In this document: piece by piece, positions 50,564-63,888 of the stretch
Layout of the letters: each line of letters opens with the position of its first letter
Position numbering within the stretch: the first letter of the stretch is position 1
Assembly (NCBI GenBank): GCA_008632985.1
Contig: QPGO01000015.1
Span: forward strand, 373,998 to 437,997
DNA: 64,000 nucleotides
Direction of reading: 5' to 3'
DNA from: Psammoneis japonica
Lineage: Eukaryota
The notes under the pieces: model-generated
The model's input: the letters and a program-made list of their open reading frames with translations, nothing else
Database searches by the model: none
What the model was told of the DNA's origin: nothing
Position numbers and translations under genes: made by a program

Positions 50564-50720
50564 TAGCTATACTTTACCATCATACCGTGCCGAAAAAGTG
50601 CTTTGAAATAGGAGTATCTTTTCAGAACGTAACGATATGTCATTTGACGACTTTTTGTTACATACCGTTCATCAGTATGTTCATCAATGCACCGAGGCAG
50701 TATCTTCAATCTAACGAGAG

Positions 50721-51461
50721 TCATTGCCGCGAGTCCGTCGGTAGCATTGCCCATGAGATGTACTCTTCTCGCAGTTCTTGTAGGTTACTGACAACTCTTC
50801 TATTGCAGGTCGTCTTGACGATTTTTGAACCCACAGAATTAAAACCTGGTGGCAGCGGCAGAAGACGAGGCAACGGAACGCGCAGATTCAATACCAAATC
50901 AGCTGAAAGCAACCATTCTTCACTGCCTGTCTCCTCCCAACTGAGAGAGTTTCCTCCTGCAAATGTTGACCGGTCCATTACCTTCGAGAGAACATTTCCC
51001 GCCGCACTTCCGCTTACAATGTTGGTCCGTGAGTCCAAAATCGAAATTGAAACTTTGTTTTGGTCTGATCTGTCAATGCGATTGACAAACACTGGGGAGA
51101 GCTTCAAGCCGAACCACTTGATGTCTGGCTGCCTGCATTCCCAGAGGTCGTCACCCTTGCAAACAATCATCTTTGTTCCCAAGAGAGCTATATTACTATC
51201 GTCGCTATTAAGCCACTCCGGTAGTGATCGAGTCTCCTGCGCACCTGGAGGAAGGGTGACTCGCAGGCTCGAAGACGATTCACCTTGGAAATTTATCGCT
51301 GACATGTGAAGCCCAGTCCGACACGGACTCCTCCAGTTCTTCTTGCTGACGACTTGGCCGAAACATGAATCACATCTCCTGTAGGAGTCGGTAACGTGCA
51401 GAAAGGCTGCAGTCAGATTAACGCACAAGAGAAACAGGCTGCTGGTAATCAGATTCGTCAT
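50721..51461 (-). CDS. Plastid-targeted hypothetical protein (DUF1997-like)
   Basis: Signal peptide ending AAF. 246-aa ORF of normal composition with WFGLKLSPVF and PPGFNSVGSKIV. Confidence 0.7.
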   Translation of the reverse strand: MTNLITSSLFLLCVNLTAAFLHVTDSYRRCDSCFGQVVSKKNWRSPCRTGLHMSAINFQGESSSSLRVTLPPGAQETRSLPEWLNSDDSNIALLGTKMIVCKGDDLWECRQPDIKWFGLKLSPVFVNRIDRSDQNKVSISILDSRTNIVSGSAAGNVLSKVMDRSTFAGGNSLSWEETGSEEWLLSADLVLNLRVPLPRLLPLPPGFNSVGSKIVKTTCNRRVVSNLQELREEYISWAMLPTDSRQ

Positions 51462-52324
51462 GGTCTTCCGATGCTCAATGCTACAGTGTGTCGATTTTGG
51501 AATTTTGTGGGAGGAGACCCCCCAAAGATAGGAGTGACGTCACGATTCCGTCCGCACGCAATTTTTCTGGCGCCGCGATCGATCGCAACGATGGGGCGTC
51601 CACCGTCCATGATCATCCTAGCGTCGGCATCGTCGAACCTGCAAGATCCATCAAATTGGACATGAATAGCACATTAGCAACTAACCCAGGTCCAGGGTGC
51701 GAGTTTCAGTCTCTCGTAGATCTTAGTTCTATGTTGTGTAGTCCACGATGATGAACAAACAATGGTTCATACTTTAGGCACTTTGTCTACAATTTCGCGA
51801 TGGTGCATGTACGGTACCTTATCCCAATATACACATTAATCTGTGCAATAGAATTATCTTTGGGGCATACTTTTGCAGCTGCTCAGTGTGCGTGCTGCAA
51901 ATAGTCGTACGTATCAAGGACGATGAGCACTGTTACTTTCTCTTTTCTCCTTCGATGTTCTGATGAAGCCTCAATTGCAAATGGTAAGAACAACGACGAA
52001 GTATGTATTGCATTGTCGTCTTATTCGCTGCAATGATGAAGAAATATTCACCACATCACTTCCGAGACAGAGGCTACTTTTTGTGGCTCATGTGAGATGA
52101 TAAATTATGGCTGAACAGCTCAATTGCTTTTTTTAACACTCGCCGTTTGTCAAGGCACAGTTCTAACATCTTTACTCTCTATTCGTCTGCACATAACAGG
52201 ATACGATACATATCCGTTGAACGGCGCAATCGAAACACTACATAGCTACAAAAAAGCGACGAAAAACAAACGAAAACGTCTCCGTATCTTGAGTGAATCT
52301 TTTTCATGCTGAATGTTAGTCTCT

Positions 52325-53015
52325 TTAGATCACGCCAACCTTGCTCGCAACATCAAGCGCATCAAAGTCCTTGCTCAACCTAACATAGCTCTTCTTAAGA
52401 CCCCGCGGAGTAATCAGAGTGTTAACCTTTTCGCATTCAATGTTGTAGAGTTCCTTCACGGCTGCCTTGATTTGACGCTTGTTGGCTTTGATGTCAACAA
52501 TGAAGACAAGCGTGTTGGAATCTTCGATAAGCTTCATGGAAGACTCAGTGGTCAACGGGTATTTGATTATGGAATACTTGTCAATGGTGTTCTTCTTGGG
52601 AGTGCTTTTCCGGGCATACTTCGGCTTGCGCTCCAACGAGAGAGTTTTGGGTCGATAGAAGTGCACTTTGGCGTGAATCCGAGTTCCCTTCTTAGAGATA
52701 CCCTTCTTCAAGGTCTTTGAGACCGAACTAGCTTTTGCTGTTGCATAAGAAATAGTGACAAAGGGAGTGAGTTAGTACATTATTCGTCAAACGCAAACAC
52801 ATACATCGCCCGCCAACGATCACGGCAATAATTCCGTCCGTCCTTCGCCGACATCATGGTGTTGCGTGAGAGTGTAGAAGTGTCGGTCGACGGCCCCATT
52901 GGCTCCCCTTTTCTCTGGCGCTGAATCTTTATCATGTTCTTATATATCCAAAACACACAACGAATCATGACTATCAGCTTCCGATCACCCGCAGAAACTT
53001 ACATGCTCCCGCCAT
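52325..53015 (-). CDS. RPL23A: 60S ribosomal protein L23a (uL23); exons 53015-53003, 52737-52325
   Basis: [47 protein letters not shown]. Short first exon ATGGCGGGAGCAT|gtaag. Confidence 0.95.
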
Positions 53016-53347
53016 TGTGCTATCGTCGCGACGAAGTGAACGATGTGGGCAAAAGCGGTGGAGATTGATTTCAATACAAAATCTACGTATGGTACGTAGG
53101 CAGTAATCAGGTAAGAAGTACACAGTGCGTCCATCAACCGAAACACGGTACGTACGTAGGTCAGCGCGTTCACACATCATCAGCACTCATAGCGATCTGC
53201 GGATCAGCGGCCAGCGGCAAGCGGCACACATCACCATGATGAGTCAAGACCATCATTGAATCAGGGGTCCACATCATCAGTTCTTGTGTCTTGGCAGAGA
53301 ATTTTCTCATTCTATCAGTTGAAGCCGATTGAGTAGTAACGCGAAGG

Positions 53348-53953
53348 ATGAAGATTAACGCACAGATGAGAGCGAGCCGCTCATGGTTGTGGCTTGGCGT
53401 GATTGCGGCGTGCTTAGCTTTGTGTCAAGGGTTCACCCCAAAGAATAGTTTCGCTTCAAGAAACTCTATTTTTCACGATCGCGTTTCCCTTCAAGTCGGG
53501 GACTTACTTGGTGGACTTTTTTCCAGCAAGGAGGAACAAGATCCAAACAAGCCTACAAGAGTTGTTGAAATTCCTTGCAGGAACGTAAAAGTTGGTGGTT
53601 TGAGATTCTTTTTAGGGATATACTTAGTTGGTGAACAAAACAAACCGAAACCGGGATCTTGGAAGTCGAACAATGTCGATGACAAAATCAATATGTACTA
53701 CACGGACGGGACGGCAATGTGCAGTATTGGCTTGACAGAATACGCAATCACTGTTGACCGGTACGGATCGTCACCCTCTCTCGAGTACGTGTTGCAAGAG
53801 AGTGTTCTGCTTCACGGCTTACTTGATGAAATAAATAAACTCGCTTTCGAGATGGATGATATAGAGGAAGATAACCGCCTTGTGCAGTTAATGGCGCCGG
53901 GAGACGCGATCGAGAAAGCTCGCGAAAAATTGCCAGCAAGAAAGGAAGAATAG
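53348..53953 (+). CDS. Probably plastid-targeted conserved hypothetical protein (paralog A)
   Basis: Signal peptide then GF. Homologous to 63154-63888. Confidence 0.8.
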   Translation: MKINAQMRASRSWLWLGVIAACLALCQGFTPKNSFASRNSIFHDRVSLQVGDLLGGLFSSKEEQDPNKPTRVVEIPCRNVKVGGLRFFLGIYLVGEQNKPKPGSWKSNNVDDKINMYYTDGTAMCSIGLTEYAITVDRYGSSPSLEYVLQESVLLHGLLDEINKLAFEMDDIEEDNRLVQLMAPGDAIEKAREKLPARKEE

Positions 53954-54249
53954 TAGTGGCTGTTAGTAATCCTTATTTTTAACCATCCAGTAGCCATCAA
54001 CTCTTTTGTGCAAACACCGGTTGAAGCTGTATCGTATATAGGTGCAGAAGTCTTTGTCGAACAGCGGGCTTTCCGGCCCCGACAGAGGACCGACGCCACA
54101 CCTAGTAGCTGGCACCTTTTCACCACAGAAACAAAGTCTCACAGTCACTGTCTACTACCTCCTGTGGTAGAATTGATCTCACCAGAACTGACGTCGAGAT
54201 GAGGAGCCGTCGAGGCTTTTATGTCCTTCACTGATTTCAAAAACAGGAC

Positions 54250-57200
54250 GAGTGGTGATGCAGTCTACCCAATGATTCTGCCAACGTTGGATGCACTGGT
54301 GCTTGATCGGGGACAGTCCAGCAATGTCGAGGACTTCCTCTGTCAGGATTTGAACAGAAATTCAGTTGTGTGCGAACGCCTTCTTTCAAATCCCTTCATG
54401 ACAGGTCACTTGATTCATCAGATGGGGAGAGTCAGGACAATGGGGAGAGTCAGGACAATGCTGTCTCCAAGTTGGAAAGGTTCAAGCTGTGACATCACCT
54501 TTCTCAATGCTTTCCCTGTCAGCTGGTCCTCCAAGGAGCAAGCACCACCATTTCCTTCCATCATTTTCACTCTTTTGTGTCCTGAAACTTTGACACCAGT
54601 TTTTTTTTTGCCAAGTTCTGTGTGCATGTGGCTCCTTCCAGCAAAATGGGCATGACAGAATTTGAGCAGGATTTCAGCCAGTTGTGAACAATTGTTTGCA
54701 CACTGTGGTTGGATTTTGTTTGCAGGTTTGTGTGCTGTTAGCTCCATGTGCTGAGTTTTGCTCTTGTGCCACATGGTGCATGCCACATGAGAGAAAAACA
54801 AACAGCAGTGCTGGTTGTTGAGATGCACATCTGTTGGCACCTGCAACAGTGTCTCTGCACAGAGGAGACTCATCTGCTGTTTGGACAGCTGCAAGATGTC
54901 TCATTGTTTTCTTTCACATGGCTCTCAGTCTTCAAATCTTCTCATCCTTAAGTGGCAAATGATGGCTGCCCCACATGATGATGGAGTCCAATCAATGCAT
55001 CATCACAAGCACCACAGAGGCAATGGACCACATCTCTGAGATCCACAAAGCAAGGCCACCTGTGCTGCTGTCTTGCAATGCATTGCTCAGCAACCTTCAT
55101 TGCGCAAGACCCAACAGGGCATGTGTTCACTCACAGCATTCTTATGTGGTGCAGGCCAGCCATTGTCTGCATTGGACAAGACGCACCCCCCAAGCACTTG
55201 AACAATTGCACCCTTTCCAGGCTGCAATCAGAAATGCCTTGTGTGCCTTGTGAGTGTCCTTGGCAACATGGCTTTGGGGTTTTGCACCACCCACTCAGAA
55301 CATGGATGTTGCACAACCTGTGTGCAGCACACTTCAGCAAGGAAACAACTTGGGTGTAGAAGCAGATGGCATCAACAGCAATGGTGCAGAACAGGAAAGT
55401 GTTGTGTGGGTGGCACCCAGTGGCAGATCCCAGAATGAGGAGACAGAAGAAACCAGCCAGTCTGGGAATGAATCTGACACTGCCGCCTCAAAGACAGGAG
55501 CTCCTCTGAGTGCAAGGTGGGGCACCACCCAGCCCACTTTCATGCCCACAGGACCTCACAAGCTTGCCCAACAGTTGACAGTTGATGATGGCAGTCAAGG
55601 CAGTGAATTGAACACATGAATGCTGGTGCATGCTCATCATGAAATTTGGAGAGAAAATGATTGCACAGAAGCCAGGAACTCCTTGTTGAGATGTTTTCAA
55701 TTCTCCAAGAGGCCAACTCATCTTGTGTGCCACACCCTTGGAAGGATGGCTCTAGGAAAAACCATTGACCAAGCTTGAGAAGTTGCCAAAGAATGACAAG
55801 AGCAAGATGATGGGCCACAGGAGCCACAAGTGCCACATCATGAAGAAGCCAAGGTTTTCTTGAGTGTCTTTGTGGGCAGCAACAAGGCACATGTGCCCCA
55901 TCCCTTCAATGACAATTGCACGGGACTGCACCCCAACTTGGTCCCACTGCCCCAGGAAGTCTCTAAATTGGGCTGGCTGCTCTGCTCTTTGCTCTTTTCA
56001 ATGTCAGCCACATGCCCTCAGCTTTTACGTGGGTTTCTACGTGCCTTCTCATGCTGATGTCACCCTTCTCAGATGGCGTTGATTTGGCTCCAACAAGCCC
56101 ATTCTGTCCATGTTTGCCAATGGTGCATCCTCATTGTGCAGCATGATGAGCAAAGTTCATCACTGGAAAATGACGAGTGTCCTGGCCTTTTGGCTCGTGT
56201 GCTGGTTGTCATTTCTTGCAATTTTCTGTGAGCGCGGATCCGCAGATGCTGCTGACAATCTACATGTCACTTCCCTGGCCTGCTTTTGTCCTTGTGAATC
56301 GGTTCTCAATGCCACTTCTTTTCCTTGCCATGCAATCAAGTCATTCACTCTTTGTGGTGCAAGTGCCGCTTCTGTTGTGTGGCCCTTTTCAGCAAGAACA
56401 TTGCTTGTCCTTTGGAGTCATTTGATTGTCATCAATTTGCTGCTCCCATCGGTCTTTCTGTGCAAGATCTGGTGTTGTTTCTGTGTGTCACCTCTGACTG
56501 TCTGTGTGCCACTTCTCCAGACCACTTTTGTCCTTGCCAACTGGTCTTCAACCTCTCTTCTTTTCTCCACCGTGCAATCAAGTGCTTCACTCTTTGTGGT
56601 GAATGTGCTGCTTCTTTTGCAGCCCTTTTCAGCAAGAATGCAAGTCAACCTGTGGTGCCATTTGATGGTCTTTGGTTTGCTGCTCTCATTGGCTTTTCTG
56701 TGCAAGACTCAGCATTGTTTCCATGTGTCAAGAACATTTTCTCCAATGACCTGCTTGTCTCACCTTCAAGGCTCCTTTTGTGGACTGTTTTAAAAAACTG
56801 TCTGAGTGCAATTGTCCGTTTGCAGTTGTGGTGTGCCTTCTGTGGCTGTCATTGACAAGCATGCTACAAATCCCTCGTGTGAACCATTCCTTCTCAGTTG
56901 TCTTGGTGGGGTGTCACCTTCTGGTGATGCCCATTCCGGCTGATCCTGCGCAAGCTCCTGCCGCACTTGACTGTGCACTGGGGGTGTGGGTCAACTGGTG
57001 CTGACCCAGCTGGCAAAGGAGTGACAGCACTTAAAACACAGATCTGTTTTTTTTTGGCTGGCTGCTCTTTGAATGTGAGGCCTTCAAAACTGCCTTTCCA
57101 CAGCTGACTGGGCAAGAGGTTGGTTTCCAATGGATGGGATGGTTTCTGATGGAGAGGAACATCAATGTTTGTGACCCAGGCCAACAGAGGGACACCCAAG

Positions 57201-60200
57201 CTGACAAGGTTTGTGCATTTGAAGTGGAAGCTGATGCAAAAAAGGAGTTTCAGGCCTGCAAGTCCCTGCAAAGGGTCTGCTCCTTGAAAGCTGAGGATGG
57301 ATTTGTGCTGGGATGGCACCATTGCTTTGTGCCCAACCACAAGCAAGAGCATCTTCAATGAGAAGTCCAAGCTTGGGGCATGCATTCTCCAGGCACATCA
57401 AGGAACATTTTGTTTGCACCTTGCATGGTGAGGACCGCCACAAGGTTTTCAGTTTTGGATCACATGCTCAAACTTGGCTGCAAGTCAGCCAACAAAATGG
57501 AAAGCAGGTCACTCAGGGAAGTTGCACTGTGGCCATGGGCTGGAATCCACCAAGCACATGGGCAAAATGCTTTTCTTGTCTGTCAACAAGGACAAGAAAA
57601 AATGCCCACAGATGCACAAAATTCCACTTCCTCCCAAAGCACACCAACCATGCAAAAGGACAGGTTGGGAGCCTCCTTCCCTTTTTGAAACATCATCACT
57701 CAGAGGGAAAACTCCACCAGAGCTTTCCTGCTAAAGCCAAGAACAAGGAGATGGATTTGCCAGTGTTTGATGAAGCCACCAGGAGTTTGGTCTCTGCTTG
57801 GGATGACATGATGCTCATGGAACTGCTGGAAGGTGACAAGGACTTCCAGCTCACAATCTTGATGGACAGATCAAAGCAAAAAGTTGATGATGGGGAAGAG
57901 ATGCCCAGCAGACCCACTCCAGCAGAAAGGAGGGAACAGAGTGATTTCTGCACAAACTCCAGATGATGACAGGGTGTCCAACAGCATGTCACCCACGAAC
58001 TGTCTCAAATGATGACATGGAACAAATGCAGGTGCAAATCACAGAATCACTGCATCTGTTTGGAACCTGCAACTCTGGCTGGTGCAGAGTGCACATGGTG
58101 ATGCAGCAGAAGCTGCTGCGCCACAAGGACAAGGCCCTCCCATCCACTCTTCCTGCAGGCCCAGCAGGCCAACCCCCTGAGGACACCACCAGTGGTGAAA
58201 GACACACTGGCAAGCAATGGTGGGTTGCAAGCAGCCATGGAGCCCACAGGGAAGATGGGCTCAGCTTTCAGCTGTCAGATGGGTGAGGGGAGGAGGGGAG
58301 AACCCATCCAGCATCCAGCACAACAGAGGGATGGATGTTGAAGATGCCAGAATCACAACAGTGCCAACATGTGGGTGTTTCAGTGACAACAAACTTCAGC
58401 ACCAGGTGAACAGCCAGTTGACCCACGAGTGACATGGGGAGATGCACCAGGAAACAAAAATGAACCCATGCTTGGAGCAGCTTTACAAAACCCAAAAGGC
58501 CTGCCTCTTTTTAATGAACATGAAAAGAACCACAAACTTTGCTGCACAACAGAGCAGATGGAACTGGACAGACTGGGGCTGCTCACAGAAGTCAATGCAC
58601 ACTGGCTGGCACATGCTGAACAAAGCTTGCCACCTTCCAGAAAGGATGGTGGAATGGTTTGAGATGTTGGACACTGTCTGGACACATGCAATGCCAATGA
58701 TCACCTTTTTCTGCAGCTCCAATGGGAAGGCAGTGTAGTTTGCCACCAATGGAGCCACACACCACATTCATGAATCAGGAAGGGACCTTTCTGGTCCAGG
58801 AAGATGGGCCTGGACAACATTTTGTGGGAGCAACAACCACATGTGCAACAATGGAGTTGGTCATTGTGGTCAAGGGAGGACAGCATCTTCTGCCCCTGCC
58901 ATGTGTTTGTGGATGACATGAGTGATGAAACAGTGGAGTGAAAGGAGCAAGGTGATCAACTTGTGGTGATGCTCAACCCCAACACCAGTGTGAGGAGCGA
59001 CTGTGTCAAACTTGTGTTTGACCAAATGTTCCTCCAAGAGTTGACCCTGGAGAAGCATGGCACCATTGCACTGCCCACGCAGAAGGTCAAGCTCCAATTG
59101 ATGGCATCTTTTCCAAGACAATTCAGGTGGAAAAGTCAGGCTGCCTGGGCTTTGATCAGTCCATGCACAGTGACCAAAGACTTCCATGGGTCAACATGCC
59201 ATTCCAGACAGCCTTTCAGTCATGAATCCCCAGAAACACCACATCCCAGTGCATGCCAAAGGACAGGCCAAGACCCAAGAACCATTGACAATTGCAGCAC
59301 AACTTCAAAAATGAGTTGGTGACTGGGAATGGCAGGAATGTGATGCCCAGCTGTGGAAAGGAAAGTTGCCAACTCATGACCCACACTGCCAAGCAAGGCA
59401 CCTTGGATTGGCCAGAACACAGAAACCAGTCCCAGGGCAATTGGTGATGGTGGAAGGAAGCACTGGAATGAGGGGGGCATTTGAAGTGCTGGATGGATGG
59501 TCATCATGAGCAATGACCCTGCTTTTCATGCACTGCCAATGAGAGAGGATTGTGTGAGCACATGGACCACGAGTGCACACACCACAAAATGCTGCCAAGA
59601 AAGAGAGAGTGAGTGAGCACATGGATGAGAGCACATGCTGGCAGTGCCACAGCCCTGTGTGTTGGGTCACTCAGCAAGGACTGGCAGTCAACAATGCTGT
59701 TGTTGCATTGGGGAAACAGAAAATTTTCTAGACCATGCCATCTGAATAAAATTTTGTGGGTCAGGTGTGACAGCAGTGGTTGCCACTGGAATTGCTGTGG
59801 AAGCTCAGGTTGAGCCCAAGAAGCTCATGCCTTCAACACTGCAGGCACACATCAACAAGTTGCACTTGGACATCAGGTGGCTTGTTGAGGACAGCAAAAC
59901 AAAAAGATGACAATGGCACAGCACTTGCACACGCAATGTGAGGAGATGGGGAAGCCATTGCAGTGTTGTGCATGTCCTGTCAGGATGGCAAAGGCACATC
60001 AGCTTGGATGACAAGGTTGTTGGGAGAACAGATTTTGAGAAGATCCCTTGGATGTGAGTGTGCACAGGGTGGAGCTGCCTGGCCTCCTTTGTTGATGGCA
60101 GCACTCATCTCCATTGTCAGCAAACTGCACAGAGTGAGTCAAGGACCAAGGAGCATTCAAGGTCAGGCATGACAGCAATCAAGCTCTGTGGAGTGCAGCC

Positions 60201-62700
60201 AGTGCACAGTGCAACCTCACTGCAAACCACAAGCAGCACAACATTCTCTCAGCCTTTCACCTCAGGTTCTGGAAGTCTTGGACATCACCTTGGATGCCAA
60301 CAGAGTTCAAGGGACATCCAGATGATTTTGCAGCATGCAAGAACCTTGGCTGTCCTTTCCAGAAGAGCTGGTCAAAATGCAGGAGATCATTTGGGAGCAG
60401 CAAGAAGCACATGGTGAGCTGTGGCCCTTCTGGGTTGGGCAGCACAAGATTGCATCCAACATTTCTGGTGACAGGGTTTGCTGCACCATTGATGACAGCT
60501 GCTGAAGCAATGGGTCAACAAGGGTTGCTTCTTGCACACTTTTGGTGCAAGGAATGTAGACCAGGACACACACAGGAAGGGTCCATGGCAGACCTGAAAC
60601 TTTCCAGATGGAGGTGAGTTTCCAAACATGTGTGTCTGGCTTTTGCATTGTCAACACAAGATGCTGCATTGGTGGGGCAAGTCACTGGTCTAATTGTGCC
60701 TGAGGTTTCATCCACCCATGTGCTCAGTCTCTTGTTTGGACAGAGTGGCAGAAAACAAAAGTGGTCCAGTTCCCTCACCAAGCTGTGGAGCTGGATGACA
60801 AAGGCCAGGACAGATCTGGAGATCATCAAGATCACATTGCAACAACTTAGACAGCAGAAGGATGGTGTCCCCATGGAGCCAATGGCCTCACAGAATGACC
60901 AGCACATGCAAGCATCAGTGGACTTGTGGAAGACTGTGTTTCATTGGATTGGAGCTTTGAGCAATGCTTGCTGTCAATGGATGGGTGCCCACAGACATGG
61001 GAGTTGATGGGTGGGGCAACTGATTGCCAACTGCGTGATGTTGTGTGGGACCAGCAGAAGCACTGCATCGGCATTGTGCATTCCACCACTGCTTGTGACT
61101 TGTGACTTGCACAGGCATGGGTGGAAGCAGTTTGTGGACAGGTGCAGTTTGAGCACTCAGTGAGGAGATCTCAAAATTTGCCTCCTCAAATGGATGATTG
61201 ATTGTTTGATGCCTCCCTCAAGGAGCTCTTGCAACAAACTCTTGAGTGCTTTAAGGCATGGATCAACAATGTCCAGGCAGGAAGAGATGCCCACCAGAAA
61301 TTGCAAAACAAATGAGAAACACAAACATGGAGCAGGCCTTGTTTTGCAGATGTGGCTCCATGGTGCTGACAACAATTCTTGACATTTTTGCTGCTTTGGG
61401 TGAGGGTGGTGCTTCCTCTCACATTGTTCACAAGTTGATCACAACTTGGGGCAATGCAAATGTCATTTGGTCTGGCAATGAGCTGTGATCTTTGAGTCAT
61501 CATTTGCTTGTTCATTTGTGGCTGTCATGTGGTCCACCCAGCTGGCCTGTCATCAGGATGGAAGAATGTGACCTTTCTTTCTTCTGCTCAGAAACACCAA
61601 AACCCTCAAATGGAGTCATTGCTGTGTTGTCTGTGATGACACTAAACCATTGTCAAATGATGACATTGACTGCTGTGCTGAAAACAGTTGGAGACAATGT
61701 CTCCCTGAGTCTTGTCCCTTGCAGCACATCAAAGATGGGCAGCCCCCCACATCACGAGAGATGCTCCATTCATCACACAGCCACTTTCTCTGCACCTCCC
61801 AAAAGCAGCACTTGCACAGCAGAGGGGATCTTGGACCAGCTTCACATGCCTTGAGAAGTTCTGTTGCCTGTTTGCAATCTGCCACATCATGCACCTCCTT
61901 CAAGTTCCAAGTCCAAAAGATTCTCTTGAAAAGGGGCACTTGGTCAATCACCGCCAGTGTTGTTGCATGAGCTTTGCTTCTGCAGTGTCTGTGCTGGCGC
62001 CCCTTGCTCAGCTTAGAATCTGCAAAAAATGTTGCAAAGCAAAACAGACTTCTTCATTCTTGCATCAATGGTGAAGGAGGAAAATTTCCATGTGCGTGAC
62101 TTCCAACAATGTGATCTCACGAAATGCACCACCATCTTTGTGGTGGAGAATGAGAAAAAGCACAGCAAGCACAAACCAGGGAAGCTCTGTTGGGATGACC
62201 TGGGTGCAGAAGATTTCTGCACCAACTCAACCAATGTGCACCACAGTTGGCTGTCAGTTGTGCCCTTCTGCCGCAACCACTTTTTGACATTGTCGTCTCT
62301 CTCTTGCTCTCCTCACACCTGGCAGGCCTGCCTGGAGCTCAGCACTGGACCTCAATTTTTGACCCTCTCTTCTGTTTCCTTCTCTGTGGGGATCTCATCA
62401 TCAACATCACAAGATTTAACCAATGCTGGAGTGTTCTTGCCTGGTGGAGGGCCCTCACACTCCAGCGGAGGTTGTGAACATTGTGGTGTGATCTGAGCCT
62501 GCTGGTGCTGCTGGGTGCTGTGAGCAGCTTTTGGGATGGAGTGCACACTTGTTGTTCTGGGTTGGTGGCAGTGGCAAAGCTTCAGTTGTGCCAGTGCTTA
62601 AAAAAGAGTGGGTTTCGGCACTTTATCACACACTGGACTGTCTTGCCAAACACGTCCCTGACATGATCAGCGCACGACAACAACGCACATGATGCAATTC
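54250..62700. other. TpA- and CpG-depleted hypermutated TE block
   Basis: Very few TA (mostly TTAA/CTAA/TTAG/CTAG) and few CG over 8.4 kb. Contains an 18-bp duplication (~54422-54460) and a ~242-bp internal repeat (~56331 and ~56573). Confidence 0.85.
57000..61100 (+). mobile_element. Heavily degenerate LINE (APE and RNase H remnants; RT apparently largely deleted)
   Basis: WGDAPGNK...LQNPKGLP...LGLLTEVNAHW (APE start), SVHRVELPGL and FKGHPDD (RNase H), VSKH. Confidence 0.7.
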
Positions 62701-63153
62701 TTCAAGATTGACTTTGTCGATTGACTGATTCAACTCACTCAATTTTGCCGCGGGTTGTTGAAAACAAGAGAGAACAAGTGGTGCGCTGCTCTCTAGCTGC
62801 CGTTAGAGGCACCGGCGCATGGAGAGAGTAGAGAGAGAGAGAAGGTGCCGCACTGCTGCTGTGTGGTGCAGTGCGACGAGCCCAAAGATCATGTTGTCGT
62901 GGGAACAAGTGGGAAGACGAATGACTCATTATCGTGATCGCGCGCTGAGCGAGCGAGCGCCGCGTTGGCGGCTGCCGGCTGATGCACGTTTCTCACTCTC
63001 TTCATTCGTCATCACCCCGACTGAGTTGGAAACATTGCTCCCATCATTAAAATGTCAAACGTTTAATGGGATACAATTCATGAAACTCGGAAACATCGTA
63101 TAGTTCTTAGCGAGTGAGTTCGAGAGGAAAAGAGGAACGCAAAAACGCGCCAA

Positions 63154-63888
63154 ATGTCACGTGTTGCAGCCAAGAGCCTCGCAGCATGCATTGCGGCAAT
63201 CTTTCTCCTTGTCACGGGGACGGAAGGGTTCTTGTGTGGGACGAGTGCTTCTCAAAATAAAATTAGGTATGGGAGCCAGCTAGGCATGGGTTTGTTTGAC
63301 GACCTTGGAAATTTGTTCGCGGGCAGATGGGGTGACCAGAATGAAAATCCTGATTCATACGAAGATGAGTTGGACATACTGAAGCCACGCATAGTTCTGA
63401 GGATTCCGGGTGAGAACACTATTGTATGTCTACAAGCGCTTTTTTCAACATCGACACGTTCAACGATGTCAGCAGCCTAATTTTTGACTTTTTGCTACCG
63501 CGAGAACACTTCAGTGGAAAATATTAAAATTGGCGGGCTTCGGCTTTTAATTACATTTTACCTGATGGGGATGCAGAATACGCCAGAAAAGGGGTCGTGG
63601 AGAACAAATCAGCCGATAGAGGAGGATTCTGCGGTTGAATTCTTCTTTCACGACATGACTGCAGCGCTCAAAATTATTCTTTCCGATGATGAGATCACCA
63701 TAAATAGAATCGGATCAGCTCCTTCCAATGCGTACTTGATGCAGGAGTCTGTCATTGTGCAAGGAATTCTCGATGAACTCGAGAAATGTGTGGAAGAGGG
63801 AGAAATCCAGAGTAGCGACCGACTCGTCTTGCTACCTGCCCCTGGAGATGCCATTGAGAAAGCGCGCGACAACCTTGCTTTCAGCTGA
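63154..63888 (+). CDS. Probably plastid-targeted conserved hypothetical protein (paralog B); exons 63154-63409, 63515-63888
   Basis: Signal peptide then GF. KIGGLR..GMQNTPEKGSW..QESV..GILDE..PGDAIEKAR is shared with paralog A. The GT-AG intron keeps the frame. Confidence 0.82.

Noticed and set aside
52738..53002. Intronic snoRNA in the RPL23A intron
   Set aside because: No convincing box C/D pair or H/ACA structure by eye. An Infernal/Rfam search would be needed.
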